64,000 nt of DNA, taken from Candidatus Latescibacterota bacterium (lineage in GTDB: Bacteria > Latescibacterota > UBA2968). The translations under genes were made by a program, and so were the position numbers. The stretch lies in contig OZ240241.1 of assembly GCA_965198115.1 (NCBI GenBank), positions 5,632,001 to 5,696,000 of the forward strand, in the 5' to 3' direction. Below are positions 1-10,895 of the stretch, in pieces. Under the pieces are notes generated by a model. The model saw nothing but the letters and a program-made list of their open reading frames with translations. It did no database searches and was not told where the DNA came from. Within the stretch, counting starts at the first letter, position 1; each line of letters begins with the position of its first letter.

Positions 1-240
1 CGGCACACACCCCAGGAACCCGAGCATTCCGACGACGTTGCCTCCATCGGCCTCGTCGAGGGCGCGCTTCTTCGTGGCATTCGCGCTCCTTACTTTGGCA
101 AGATCGGGCGTGTCGTGGGCTTGCCACGCGAACTCCACCGTGTCGAGTCAGGCGCCTCGGTTCGCGTCCTCGAAGCCGAATTCGAAGATGGCACGCGCGC
201 GCTCGTCCCACGGGCGAACATCGAACTCATCGAATCCTAG
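1..240 (+). CDS. 3' end of conserved hypothetical protein (KOW/SH3-like C-terminus) of the DUF6754 gene cluster; 5' part outside window
   Basis: Frame 1 is open from base 1 to TAG at 238-240: ...GALLRGIRAPYFGKIGRVVGLPRELHRVESGASVRVLEAEFEDGTRALVPRANIELIES*. It is absent from the ORF track because it lacks a start. It ends 7 bp before the next gene. Confidence 0.75.
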   Translation, partial: RHTPQEPEHSDDVASIGLVEGALLRGIRAPYFGKIGRVVGLPRELHRVESGASVRVLEAEFEDGTRALVPRANIELIES

Positions 241-247
241 GTACGAA

Positions 248-1093
248 TTGAGATCCCGATCGATCACACTCCTGGCAGTCCTTCTGATTCTCGCCTCGGC
301 AGACCCCTCGCTCGGCGCTGACACGCTCTTCAACACCCAAAAAACGAACAACTTCATACTCGGCTCCGTCTTTTCCATCCTGGTACTCGTCTACATCGGT
401 CTCGCCAGACGGAAGGATCTTTACATTCGTCGCCTGGGCGGCCTCGAGGCGCTCGACGAGGCCCTCGGCCGAGCCACCGAAATGGGTAAGCCCGTCCTGT
501 TCATCCACGGCCTGCAAGACATGGACTCGGTGTCGACCATCGCCGCCGTGAACGTCCTCAGCCAGCTCGCCAAGAGGGCGGCTTCGTTCGACACACGTCT
601 TAAGGTTGCCAATCGTTTCCCGATCGTCATGTCCGTCAGTCAAGAAGTCGTCAGAGAAGCGTGCATAGATGCCGGCCGCCCGGACGCCTACAACGAGAAC
701 GACATCTTCTACGCGGCAGCAGACCAGTTCAGCTACGCCGCAACGCTCGACGGCATGATGACACGCGAAAAGCCGGCGGCGAACATCATGATGGGTTACT
801 TCTACGCCGAGTCCCTCCTCCTCGCCGAAACCGGTGCCGCGACAGGCGCGATCCAGATCGCCGGTACGGACGCCTACACGCAACTCCCGTTCTTCGTCAC
901 GACCTGTGACTACACCTTAATGGGAGAGGAACTCTACGCAGCGAGTGCCTATTTGTCGCGCGATGCCAAGTTGCTCGGGAGTCTCAAAGCGCAGGACGTG
1001 GGCAAGGCCTTCCTCGCTGCCTCACTTCTACTGGGAACCCTCCTGAACTCTGTCGGGATCTCCTGGTTCTCACAACTCTTCCTTTCGCAATAG
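248..1093 (+). CDS. DUF6754-domain membrane protein
   Basis: Motifs IRRLGGLEALDEALGRATEMGKP, FYAESLLLAETG, IQIAGT, QLPFFVTTCDYTLMGEELYAASAYLS. TTG at 248 gives a signal-peptide-like N-terminus; the track start at 38 overlaps the upstream gene. Confidence 0.8.
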   Translation: MRSRSITLLAVLLILASADPSLGADTLFNTQKTNNFILGSVFSILVLVYIGLARRKDLYIRRLGGLEALDEALGRATEMGKPVLFIHGLQDMDSVSTIAAVNVLSQLAKRAASFDTRLKVANRFPIVMSVSQEVVREACIDAGRPDAYNENDIFYAAADQFSYAATLDGMMTREKPAANIMMGYFYAESLLLAETGAATGAIQIAGTDAYTQLPFFVTTCDYTLMGEELYAASAYLSRDAKLLGSLKAQDVGKAFLAASLLLGTLLNSVGISWFSQLFLSQ

Positions 1094-1096
1094 CGC

Positions 1097-1750
1097 ATGC
1101 CTTTCCTCCAGCGAACGCTTCCGCTCATCATTGCCTTCGTCGCCGGAACCCTCGGCATCATCACGTTCTATGTCCCGGCGATCGAAGCATTCGAAACCGA
1201 GTCCGCTGCCTGGTATCGAGTGATCTTTGCTTTCTCGATGGTACTCGGCATACACAGCCTGCTGAACATGCACTGGGGGCGAATTCGTCGTCAGGATGCC
1301 GGCTGGGGATTCAGCCTCGTCACCTGGGTGGGCTTTGGACTCATGCTCCTTTTCGCCCTCTACAACAGCGGAAACGGACCGTTCCAGCCTCTCGACTTGC
1401 AGCAAGGCGGCATGGTCTGGCTGTACGAGCACATCCAGGTGCCTGCCGGGGCGACGATGTTTTCGCTCCTGGCCTTCTTCATCGCGTCAGCGGCATATCG
1501 AACGTTCCGGGCACGGACCGTCGAGGCGGCCATACTGCTCGTGGCCGCGGTCATCGTCATGCTCGGCCGTGTTCCGATCGGCGCCTACATCTCCGAAACC
1601 TTGCCCGCGCTATCCCAATGGTTGATGACCACACCCAACATGGCGGCCCGTCGAGGCATCTTGATCGGCGTCAGCCTCGGGGCCGTCGCGACGGCTTTGC
1701 GCATCATTTTCGGTATCGAACGCTCCTATCTGGGCGAGGAAAGCGAATGA
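1097..1750 (+). CDS. Uncharacterised polytopic membrane protein (DUF6754 cluster)
   Basis: About 6 hydrophobic helices; ATMFSLLAFFIASAAYRTFRART and RGILIGVSLG...LRIIFGIERSY motifs; 3 bp after the upstream stop. Confidence 0.8.
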   Translation: MPFLQRTLPLIIAFVAGTLGIITFYVPAIEAFETESAAWYRVIFAFSMVLGIHSLLNMHWGRIRRQDAGWGFSLVTWVGFGLMLLFALYNSGNGPFQPLDLQQGGMVWLYEHIQVPAGATMFSLLAFFIASAAYRTFRARTVEAAILLVAAVIVMLGRVPIGAYISETLPALSQWLMTTPNMAARRGILIGVSLGAVATALRIIFGIERSYLGEESE

Positions 1751-1777
1751 CAGGGCCCCTGCTTCACGCCCTACACA

Positions 1778-2644
1778 ATGTGGGCAGTAGTCACGCACTT
1801 CCTGAACACCGAACACGGGTTTTCCGCCTTGGACCGTCTCCTAAATATCGATCGTCGCTACATCTTCATCGCCATCTTCGTCGGCGTCCTGCTCCCGCTG
1901 CTGATCGGTTTCCACCTGCCCGTGAAGCCGACACAGAACGTACGCTCCATATACGAAACCATCGAGCAGCTCGACGGAGACGAAACCGTCTTCATTTCGT
2001 TCGATTTCGGACCGAGCACGATCACCGAATTAGACCCGATGGCCCGGGCCGTCCTCCGGCACTGTTTCAGGCGGAGCATCCGCGTCATAGGCGTCACCCT
2101 GATCGCGGAGGGTGTGGGGATCGCCCAAAACCTGCTCGATGAGACCGCAGCTGAGTTCGGCAGTCAATACGGTCGCGATTACGTCTTCCTGGGATACAAG
2201 GCTGGTCTCCAAGTCCTCATCCTCAACATGGGACAGGATCTTCACGGGACGTTTCCCACCGACGTCAAAGGAAACGCCATCGAATCCATGCGCGTCACGA
2301 GAAACATCAAATCTCTGCGCGACGTCGATTACGTCATCGACATTGCTTCGGGCTACCCCGGAGTAGACGAGTGGATCCAGTATGGCCAGGAGCGCTATCG
2401 TTTCCCGTTCGCTGCCGGGTGTACAGCCGTCATGGCGCCGGACTTCTTCCCTTTCCTCCAGGCCAACCAGATGAACGGGCTGATGGCGGGGCTCGCCGGC
2501 GGCGCTGAATACGAGATGTTGATCGGCCGGCCGGGGAAAGCCGTGGCCGGCATGCGCCCACAGTCGATCGGACATCTGGTCATCATCCTGTTCATCGTCT
2601 TCGGCAACGTTGCCTACTTCGTCACAAGACAGGGCCGCTCTTGA
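1778..2644 (+). CDS. Uncharacterised membrane protein with soluble alpha/beta domain (DUF6754-like paralogue)
   Basis: N- and C-terminal TM segments around a soluble domain; DRRYIF, YGRDYVFLGY, GLMAGLAGGAEYE motifs. Confidence 0.75.
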   Translation: MWAVVTHFLNTEHGFSALDRLLNIDRRYIFIAIFVGVLLPLLIGFHLPVKPTQNVRSIYETIEQLDGDETVFISFDFGPSTITELDPMARAVLRHCFRRSIRVIGVTLIAEGVGIAQNLLDETAAEFGSQYGRDYVFLGYKAGLQVLILNMGQDLHGTFPTDVKGNAIESMRVTRNIKSLRDVDYVIDIASGYPGVDEWIQYGQERYRFPFAAGCTAVMAPDFFPFLQANQMNGLMAGLAGGAEYEMLIGRPGKAVAGMRPQSIGHLVIILFIVFGNVAYFVTRQGRS

Positions 2645-3429
2645 ACGCCGCATCGACACCCGGTCCAACTCCGGAAACCGGCGCCGATCCATCGTCGTCG
2701 GCGAAGGATAGGCTCATCTTCGCGGTTTTCGTCGGCGCGTTCGCCGCCGTCAACATCGGGTTGATCCTGTCGGGGCGGCTGCCCACCAACTGGGATGGCT
2801 TGGGCCTGATCCTCGCCGCCGGTGTTTCGCTCTCTCTTTACAGTTTCCTCTACGAGGACAACGCCCTCTTCAAATTCGCCGAGCATCTGTATGTGGGTGT
2901 CGTGGCCGCTTACGAAGTGGCGCAGGTTTGGTATCAGAACATTTTGACCGATGTTTTCAACCCGTTGTTCAGAGCACCGGTCGATGTCGGCCCCAAATGG
3001 GTTGTCCTCGTTCCCACAATTCTGGGCCTGTTCCTCATGACGCGCCTCGTCGGGCGAGGCGTCTGGCTGAGTCGGCTGAGCTTTGCTTTTATCGTGGGGT
3101 TGGCTTCGGGCCTGGTCATCCCCCGCCGCATCGCCTCGTTCATTCTCCAGCAAATCGGGCCGACAATGCAGCCGCTGTGGGTCGACGGATCCTTCGCGTT
3201 CGACGCGTTTCTGATCCTGATCGGCGTCGTGTCCGTTCTCGTCTATTTCTCCTTCTCGTTCGAGCACACGGGTTTCGTTGGCGCCGTTTCTCGTGTCGGC
3301 ATCTGGTTTCTCATGATCTCCTTCGGCGCTTCCTTCGGGTTCACCGTCATGGCTCGTCTCTCGCTCCTGATCGGGCAGATGACATTTCTCCTCGAAGAAT
3401 GGTTGACCCTGGATTTGCCTCTTTGGTGA
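2641..3429 (+). CDS. Uncharacterised polytopic membrane protein (DUF6754 cluster)
   Basis: YSFLYEDNALFKFAEHLYVG and GIWFLMISFGASFGFTVMARLSLLIG motifs; about 7 TM helices; TTGA overlap with the upstream stop. Confidence 0.75.
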   Translation: MNAASTPGPTPETGADPSSSAKDRLIFAVFVGAFAAVNIGLILSGRLPTNWDGLGLILAAGVSLSLYSFLYEDNALFKFAEHLYVGVVAAYEVAQVWYQNILTDVFNPLFRAPVDVGPKWVVLVPTILGLFLMTRLVGRGVWLSRLSFAFIVGLASGLVIPRRIASFILQQIGPTMQPLWVDGSFAFDAFLILIGVVSVLVYFSFSFEHTGFVGAVSRVGIWFLMISFGASFGFTVMARLSLLIGQMTFLLEEWLTLDLPLW

Positions 3430-3499
3430 CCCCGTACGTCCGGAACCCCTTTTCCATCGACGCGTCTAAGATCCGTCTTTTCCCATTCCGGGACCTTTT

Positions 3500-4504
<1,005 letters not shown>

Positions 4505-4574
4505 CTCCCCGTCCTCGATTTGCCGTCCGTTATGCGAAGAACTATCTTTAGATATTGTTAAATAAGGACTTGGA

Positions 4575-5561
4575 TTGCCAGAGACTCTCTTAACCGTCAG
4601 AAACCTGAAGAAGTACTTCCCGATCACACGGGGCCTGTTTTCCCGTACGTCCGGCTACGTACGTGCGGTCGATGGCGTAAGTTTCACGATCGACAAGGGT
4701 GAAACACTCGGACTGGTCGGAGAATCGGGCTGCGGTAAGACAACGACAGGACGATCCCTCCTCCGCCTGATCGAACCGACCGAGGGTCACATCGAGTTCG
4801 AGGGCCAAGACGTTCTCCGTCTCTCCCGTTCGGAACTGCGGTCCCTGCGGCGGAAGATGCAGATCATCTTCCAGGACCCCTACAGCTCCCTCAATCCACG
4901 CATAACGGTCGGAGGCATGCTGACCGAGGCGCTCAAGATCCATCGCCTCGCCGAGGGAAACGCCAGGGCCGAGCGTGTCAGGGAACTGCTCGAAATCGTC
5001 GGTCTTCGTCCTGACTACGCACGTCGGTATCCGCACGAATTCAGTGGAGGACAGCGACAGCGCATCGGCATCGCACGCGCCCTGGCCGTCGATCCCGCCT
5101 TCATCGTCGCTGATGAGCCCGTATCGGCCCTCGACGTCTCGATCCAGGCACAGATCGTCAATCTGCTCCAGGACCTCCAGCGCACACTCGGTCTGACGTA
5201 TCTGTTCGTCGCACACGACCTGAGCGTCGTCCGCCACATATCCGATCGTGTGGCCGTCATGTATCTCGGACGCATCGTCGAAATCGCCGACAGCAAGACG
5301 CTCTACGAACGGCCGCAGCACCCTTACACACAGGCCCTTCTGTCGGCCGTTCCCGTGCCGGACCCAACACATCGCAAGCAACGCACGATACTCACTGGGG
5401 ACGTCCCCAGCCCGGCCAACGTACCGCCCGGGTGCCCGTTCCATCCACGTTGTCCCGAAAGACAGGACGCGTGCACGAAGATCGTTCCCGACCTGCTCGA
5501 CATCGAACCCCGACATAGCGTTTCGTGTCTGCTCCGCACCGGACAGGATCAGGCAAGTTGA
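4575..5561 (+). CDS. oppF: Oligopeptide/dipeptide ABC transporter ATP-binding subunit
   Basis: [39 protein letters not shown]. Confidence 0.93.
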   Translation: MPETLLTVRNLKKYFPITRGLFSRTSGYVRAVDGVSFTIDKGETLGLVGESGCGKTTTGRSLLRLIEPTEGHIEFEGQDVLRLSRSELRSLRRKMQIIFQDPYSSLNPRITVGGMLTEALKIHRLAEGNARAERVRELLEIVGLRPDYARRYPHEFSGGQRQRIGIARALAVDPAFIVADEPVSALDVSIQAQIVNLLQDLQRTLGLTYLFVAHDLSVVRHISDRVAVMYLGRIVEIADSKTLYERPQHPYTQALLSAVPVPDPTHRKQRTILTGDVPSPANVPPGCPFHPRCPERQDACTKIVPDLLDIEPRHSVSCLLRTGQDQAS

Positions 5562-5628
5562 CCGCTTCAAGACAGGGATATCGGCCGTTTCCTGACTCAC
5601 GGGTCCACGGCCTCAGAAAGGAAGACGA

Positions 5629-8600
5629 GTGAAGCCTCTTCAGTCCATCCGCAGTCTTACTCTAGCCACCATTCTGTTTTCGATCGCGACGTCGGGATCC
5701 GCCACCGCCCAAATGCCGGCCGTCGGACCGCAAGCACCTTTCGGGATCACCGACCTTTCCAAGCTTGCCCTCAATCGACCGACGCTCGACCAGCGATACG
5801 TCGCGGGGCAAGAGCCGTTTTTCCCATCCCTCCTGGGCCTCGCTCGGTTCGGCTCCAAAGCCATCAGCACGCGGCACTTCGACATCTACTACGTGGGAGC
5901 GCCAAAGACGGCCGCGCGAATTGCCCGCATCGCGGACGAAAAGCTCGAGTCCATCGGCCGCTTCTACCCGGGCTTTATGGAAAAGTACCATCGCGTCACC
6001 GTGCTGGTCCGCGACGATTCCGATGTGCTGGGAAACGCTTTTGCGTCGCACTTCGACAATCTCCTCGTATTCTGGGCAACCCCCTACGACGTCACCGAAC
6101 GTGGATCGAGCAAATGGGTCGAGAACGTCTTCGTCCACGAACTGACGCACCTCATTACCCATCGTGCAGCCCGAAAGGAGTGGCCCTTCCGGTTCGCCGT
6201 CCTGAGCACGAGTCAGTCCAACAAAAACCCGGACTACATATTCGGGATCCCACTCTACAACAAGGTGATGCCCAACTGGTTTTCGGAGGGTGTTGCCCAG
6301 TTCGAGGCAGAGAACTACGGCGACGAATCGTGGGATAGCCATCGCGACATGAAGCTTCGAATGGCGGTCCTCGAGGACGATATGCTGTCGCTCGACGGGA
6401 TGAACTTCTTCGGACACGACGGGGAGATGGTCTACAACCAGGGTTACGGATTCCTCAATTACATTGCGGATACCTACGGTCCCGACAGAGTCAGGGCCAT
6501 GCCCGACAAACGGCCGATAGTCAGCTTCGATTCGGCCGTCAAGCAGGCCACGGGGGTCGGGGCGAGTCGCCTCTATCGGGAGTGGGTTGCGCACCTACAG
6601 GACAAATACGGAAAACTCGTCGAACGAGTCAGAGGAGAGGGCGAACGAGAGGGCGAGCTCCTCTACGACGACGGAAAGATGGACTTTCACCCGACCGTCT
6701 CACCCGATGGGCGGAAGATCGCTTTCCTGAGCAACGAGGGCAGTGATTACGCTCTGACTCTGCTCAAGGTGATGGACCTGAACACCGGGAAGGTCCGAAA
6801 AGTGGCCGATGGAAAGCGGTTCGGGAAGTACGTCTTCGGTCGGATCGCCTGGTCGGCCAACAGCAACGTGCTCTACTACATCAAAGGCAGCCGATGGGAC
6901 CTGTTCAGCTTCGACCTGCTGACTGGCCACGAACGGCGGATCAGCGCAAACCTGCGGGGACGCGATCCCGTCCCTTCGCCCGACGGCAAGCTGATCGCCT
7001 ACGTGAGCAACGACGACGGCAGTAACAGCCTCGGACTCATCACCGAGGACGGCGTCGTGCTCGATGACCTGATCAGCTACAACGATGGCACGCAGATCTA
7101 CGGCCCGAAGTGGTCACCCGACGGAAAGCGAATCCTGTTCACCGTGTTCCACGGTGAGGATCGCGATATCGCGGTGATCAACGCCGATGCCACAAAAGTG
7201 CCCGACAAGATCGATCGCTTTTACCTGGAGAAGGAAAAGGAAGCCTGGGAGGAGGCCCAGGCCGAGAAAGAAAAGGATAAGAAGAAAGACGGTGACGACA
7301 CCGAGGATGAGGAAACTGCGGACGAAGAAGTGGAAGAGGAAGAAGAATGGGTCGAGGCCGTCCCGGACACGATGGCTTTCGCGAGTGACGCGGAATTCAC
7401 GGCCCTCGTCGCCTCACCGGCCGATGAAAGAGACGCAACCTGGACACCCGACGGGAAAGGCATCCTGTTCAGTTCGGACCGCACCGGCGTCTTCAACGTC
7501 TACTTTAAAAACCTGGAAACCGGCGAGGAGCGCCAGGTCACCAACGTCATCGGTGGGGCTTTCGTTCCGTCCGTCACACCCGACGGGACCCGAATCGTCT
7601 ACGCGGGCTACCACGCCTCCAACTACAGCCTCTACCGCATGCCCCTCTCCAACGCGGTTCCCGTCGCAGCGAGTGAGAACGTCGACCGGGAATACCGGCA
7701 ACTCTACACGGGCCCGAAAATCGACGATGTCTGGAACCCGGGGAATCAATTCGGTCGTCTGCAATCCCGTGGGTTCATTCCCTACCTGAGAGTCGGACCG
7801 ACCTTTATCGGCAATCGATTCGGTCTCGACGAAGTCAGCGGCGGGGCCCAGGCCTCATTCGGTCAGCTGTTCGGGAACGACGCGTTAACGGTCTGGGGAA
7901 CACTCGGCAAAAACTTCAGACGCCGTGTAGACCTCAATACTGAAGTGGCCGCTTTCTACCAAAAGGGGCTGACGAGTGTCCACAACGAAAGCCGCGCTCT
8001 TTCCCCCCGTATCGTCATCGGGGGAACGCGTCAGACGATCAACTCGCTCGTCGACTTCGGAGCCGTGGCATCCCAACGAGACACCATGTCAGGAACTTTG
8101 CAAACGGTCATCGACTCGCAGACCGTGCTGATTCCGAACGCCACGCAGTTCTTGAACCTGACACTGGAGCAAACAGACTCGTTCAAGGACGTGTTCAACG
8201 ATTTCCTCGTCGGAACCCAGTTCGGCATGGGAAGAAGTCAAACGGTCAGTCTCTTCTACACCTACCGAACTTTCACGGAAAACCTGAGCACGACCCAGAC
8301 CGTCCTCGACAGCACCCGTATTCTGGCACCCGACGCGAGTGGAGCCATTGTCGACATTACGGACGACCTCGGGGGAACGAATACGTCGACGGTGGCGCTC
8401 GACGACTTCATCTACCAGAACCTCAACTTCTTCAGGTCGCACAACTTCAGTCTGGGCTGGAACTACACGCGGTTCAAGCCTGCTTTCGATCGCAGACTCA
8501 ACCCGACAGGGGGACGATCTGTTTCGTTCATTTACCGCCGCACCAACGCGACGATCACCGACTCCCTCGCCCTCTCGATCGACCTGAACCAAGACAACAT

Positions 8601-9222
8601 TCCCGATCCCACGACGTCTGAGGTCTCGCCCACGCTGTTTCGAGAAGACGATGCGAACCTCGGCCTCAACGAATACATCGCCTCGTGGAACGAATTCCTC
8701 GACTTTCCCGGTCGCACCACGCTTTCTTTGCAGGCCTTCGTGGGCTACAAGGATCAGGCCATCAAGAATGTGCAGCAGAATGGGGGCACATTCGAAGGCG
8801 TCTTCTACTATCCTCTTCGCTACTACCTCGGCGGACTCAGCACGTTGCGGGGCTACCCGTATTTCACCCTGTCCGGCGGGAAGGTCGTTTTCGGACGAGC
8901 GAACTTCACGTTCCCCATCTTCAACAAGAAGAGCAAAGAGCTGTCGCCCTTCACCTTCAGCAAACTCTACGGAAGCTTTTTCTTCGAAACAGGCGCCACC
9001 GGCAACGCCCAGCGCCTCTCGGACATTAATTTCAGCAGGAAACCCTTCCTCAGCGACATCGGTGTCGAGTTGAGGATGGAAGTCCTCGCGAACTACGTCA
9101 TTCCCATGTTCGGGTTCTTCCAGATTGCGTGGCCCCTGGACACGTCGGTACCCGATCGGCTCGATCCGACGATCATCAACGACATCGACAGTTTCCGGAT
9201 CTACTTCGGCCTGTCGATCTAG
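5629..9222 (+). CDS. Outer-membrane protein: gluzincin-type metallopeptidase domain + PD40/TolB-like beta-propeller + Omp85/BamA-like beta-barrel
   Basis: Signal peptide; HELTH followed by WFSEGVAQ; repeated SPDG/TPDG PD40 motifs; LRGYPY barrel-lid motif; terminal beta-strand FRIYFGLSI. Confidence 0.75.
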   Translation: MKPLQSIRSLTLATILFSIATSGSATAQMPAVGPQAPFGITDLSKLALNRPTLDQRYVAGQEPFFPSLLGLARFGSKAISTRHFDIYYVGAPKTAARIARIADEKLESIGRFYPGFMEKYHRVTVLVRDDSDVLGNAFASHFDNLLVFWATPYDVTERGSSKWVENVFVHELTHLITHRAARKEWPFRFAVLSTSQSNKNPDYIFGIPLYNKVMPNWFSEGVAQFEAENYGDESWDSHRDMKLRMAVLEDDMLSLDGMNFFGHDGEMVYNQGYGFLNYIADTYGPDRVRAMPDKRPIVSFDSAVKQATGVGASRLYREWVAHLQDKYGKLVERVRGEGEREGELLYDDGKMDFHPTVSPDGRKIAFLSNEGSDYALTLLKVMDLNTGKVRKVADGKRFGKYVFGRIAWSANSNVLYYIKGSRWDLFSFDLLTGHERRISANLRGRDPVPSPDGKLIAYVSNDDGSNSLGLITEDGVVLDDLISYNDGTQIYGPKWSPDGKRILFTVFHGEDRDIAVINADATKVPDKIDRFYLEKEKEAWEEAQAEKEKDKKKDGDDTEDEETADEEVEEEEEWVEAVPDTMAFASDAEFTALVASPADERDATWTPDGKGILFSSDRTGVFNVYFKNLETGEERQVTNVIGGAFVPSVTPDGTRIVYAGYHASNYSLYRMPLSNAVPVAASENVDREYRQLYTGPKIDDVWNPGNQFGRLQSRGFIPYLRVGPTFIGNRFGLDEVSGGAQASFGQLFGNDALTVWGTLGKNFRRRVDLNTEVAAFYQKGLTSVHNESRALSPRIVIGGTRQTINSLVDFGAVASQRDTMSGTLQTVIDSQTVLIPNATQFLNLTLEQTDSFKDVFNDFLVGTQFGMGRSQTVSLFYTYRTFTENLSTTQTVLDSTRILAPDASGAIVDITDDLGGTNTSTVALDDFIYQNLNFFRSHNFSLGWNYTRFKPAFDRRLNPTGGRSVSFIYRRTNATITDSLALSIDLNQDNIPDPTTSEVSPTLFREDDANLGLNEYIASWNEFLDFPGRTTLSLQAFVGYKDQAIKNVQQNGGTFEGVFYYPLRYYLGGLSTLRGYPYFTLSGGKVVFGRANFTFPIFNKKSKELSPFTFSKLYGSFFFETGATGNAQRLSDINFSRKPFLSDIGVELRMEVLANYVIPMFGFFQIAWPLDTSVPDRLDPTIINDIDSFRIYFGLSI

Positions 9223-9399
9223 CCCATACAGGCAATCGCCACCCAGTAAACGGCGCTGTAGGAGTACCATAACCATTCAGTTGGGTCATATGCATCACGC
9301 CGTCAGCATCTTCCTAAACACCGAACACTGAATACGGCAGCCGCCAGGCCGCACCCCCACCCACTGGACTCCCCATCCGATCCACCGGATATTACGGCT

Positions 9400-9816
9400 A
9401 TGTCCAGGCCCGCCCTCCTATCGGCTGCACTGATCCTCTCGTTGACGCATTGCGGCGGCGAAGTCGACCTCCGCGAAGTCAAGCACGAACGTACACGCAA
9501 CGCCGATGGGATCACTCAGCTTTACAAGAACCCACGCCAGGGCAACTGGACGTTGAAAGGGAAGGTGATTCTCGTCCGTGGCGCCATCGTCACCGGCATA
9601 CAGACCCGGTCCGGGCGAGTCGTCGTCGACCTGGCCGGTTTTGACGAACTGGCACCGCTCAGCCTTCGGTGCACCTTCCACCAGAGCCAGACTCGCCGCG
9701 CCCGCAGCATCCAGCAGGGGGATGTGATCGCTTTCAAGGCGATCTGCGATGGTCTCGACCGTGTCGTGCTGTTCAGCAGCGGAGTCCTGCTGAGCGTCGA
9801 CCGCCCGGTAACCTGA
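9400..9816 (+). CDS. Putative OB-fold lipoprotein
   Basis: Lipobox-like LILSLTHC; GKVILVRGAIV and IQQGDVIAFKAICDG resemble tRNA_anti-like OB lipoproteins. Confidence 0.55.
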   Translation: MSRPALLSAALILSLTHCGGEVDLREVKHERTRNADGITQLYKNPRQGNWTLKGKVILVRGAIVTGIQTRSGRVVVDLAGFDELAPLSLRCTFHQSQTRRARSIQQGDVIAFKAICDGLDRVVLFSSGVLLSVDRPVT

Positions 9817-9895
9817 TGACGCATTGCCTGCTCTGGCGTAAACCCTTACATTCACAGACGCTTATCGCAGCCCAGCTCGACTAGAAAGGCGCTGA

Positions 9896-10768
9896 GTGGT
9901 CCTCCATCTGCTGAAGGCCATGCGACCCCACGAATGGGTCAAGAATCTGTTCGTCGTAGCCGCCCTGGTCTTTTCCAAACACCTGTTCGATCCGGCTTTC
10001 GCAATCCGCGCGGCCGGCGCCTTCGGAACGTTCGTCCTGCTCTCCAGTGCCATCTATCTCATCAACGACATCCTCGATCGCGATCAAGACCGCGAACATC
10101 CGGAGAAGCGCTTTCGCCCGATCGCATCTGGCGCGCTATCCATTCCGACAGCCATCGTTGCTGCCCTGATCTTCGCCGCCACCTCAATCTGGTTCAGCTT
10201 CAGCCTCGACGTTCGGTTCGGATGGACGGCCTGTGCCTACGCGCTTCAGAACGTGGCATACTCGTTCGTTCTCAAACACGTCGTCATCCTGGACGTCATG
10301 ATCGTGGCGATGGGATTCCTACTTCGTGCAATAGGTGGAGCCTTCGCCATCGACGTCGGCATCTCCTCCTGGTTCATCCTGTGCACGATGCTGCTCTCCC
10401 TCTTTCTCGGATTCGTCAAGCGTCGTCAGGAGATCGTCCTGCTCTCAGATCAGGCAGGTAGCCATCGCCGCATTCTCGCTGAATACGAGACCAAGTTTTT
10501 GGACCAGCTGATTTCGATCGCGACGGCCGGGACGCTCGTCAGCTACGCCCTCTACGCCATGTCTCCCGACGTCATCGAGAAACTCGGTACACCCTACCTC
10601 TACTTCACGATACCCTTCGTAATCTACGGTCTCTTCCGATACCTCTATCTCGTCTACAAGAAGGACGGCGGCGGCAACCCCGCGTCGACCATTCTCGGCG
10701 ACCCGCCCTTGATCGCAAACGGCGTCCTGTGGGCGGCGACCTTAGTCGGGATCCTGTACTTCAGGTAG
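9896..10768 (+). CDS. UbiA-family polyprenyl-phosphate phosphoribosyltransferase (DPPR synthase-like)
   Basis: RPHEWVKN, YLINDILDRDQDREHPEKRFRPIASG, KRRQE motifs; multiple TM helices. Confidence 0.88.
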   Translation: MVLHLLKAMRPHEWVKNLFVVAALVFSKHLFDPAFAIRAAGAFGTFVLLSSAIYLINDILDRDQDREHPEKRFRPIASGALSIPTAIVAALIFAATSIWFSFSLDVRFGWTACAYALQNVAYSFVLKHVVILDVMIVAMGFLLRAIGGAFAIDVGISSWFILCTMLLSLFLGFVKRRQEIVLLSDQAGSHRRILAEYETKFLDQLISIATAGTLVSYALYAMSPDVIEKLGTPYLYFTIPFVIYGLFRYLYLVYKKDGGGNPASTILGDPPLIANGVLWAATLVGILYFR

Positions 10769-10812
10769 GATGATCGATCGCTATCATTCGTCAGAGGTCG
10801 GGCATAGGTAGG

Positions 10813-10839
10813 GTAGGGCCACGGCATGCGTGGCCCTAG
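10813..10839. repeat. REP-like palindrome (GTAG-type)
   Basis: GTAGGGCCACG-GCATG-CGTGGCCCTA: 10-bp stem starting in a GTAG tetranucleotide, intergenic. Confidence 0.5.
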
Positions 10840-10895
10840 AAGTCATAGAATGAATCCGCCAATCCAGAGACCTTAAGAGCCCACACCATCCACAC

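Noticed and set aside
38-247. N-terminal extension of ORF 38-1093
   Set aside because: It overlaps the 3' end of a real upstream gene in frame 1; TTG at 248 gives a better signal peptide.
1747-1780. Frameshift joining ATG 1747 to ORF 1778
   Set aside because: The ATGA overlap is suggestive, but ATG 1778 yields a full-looking protein; undecidable without reads.
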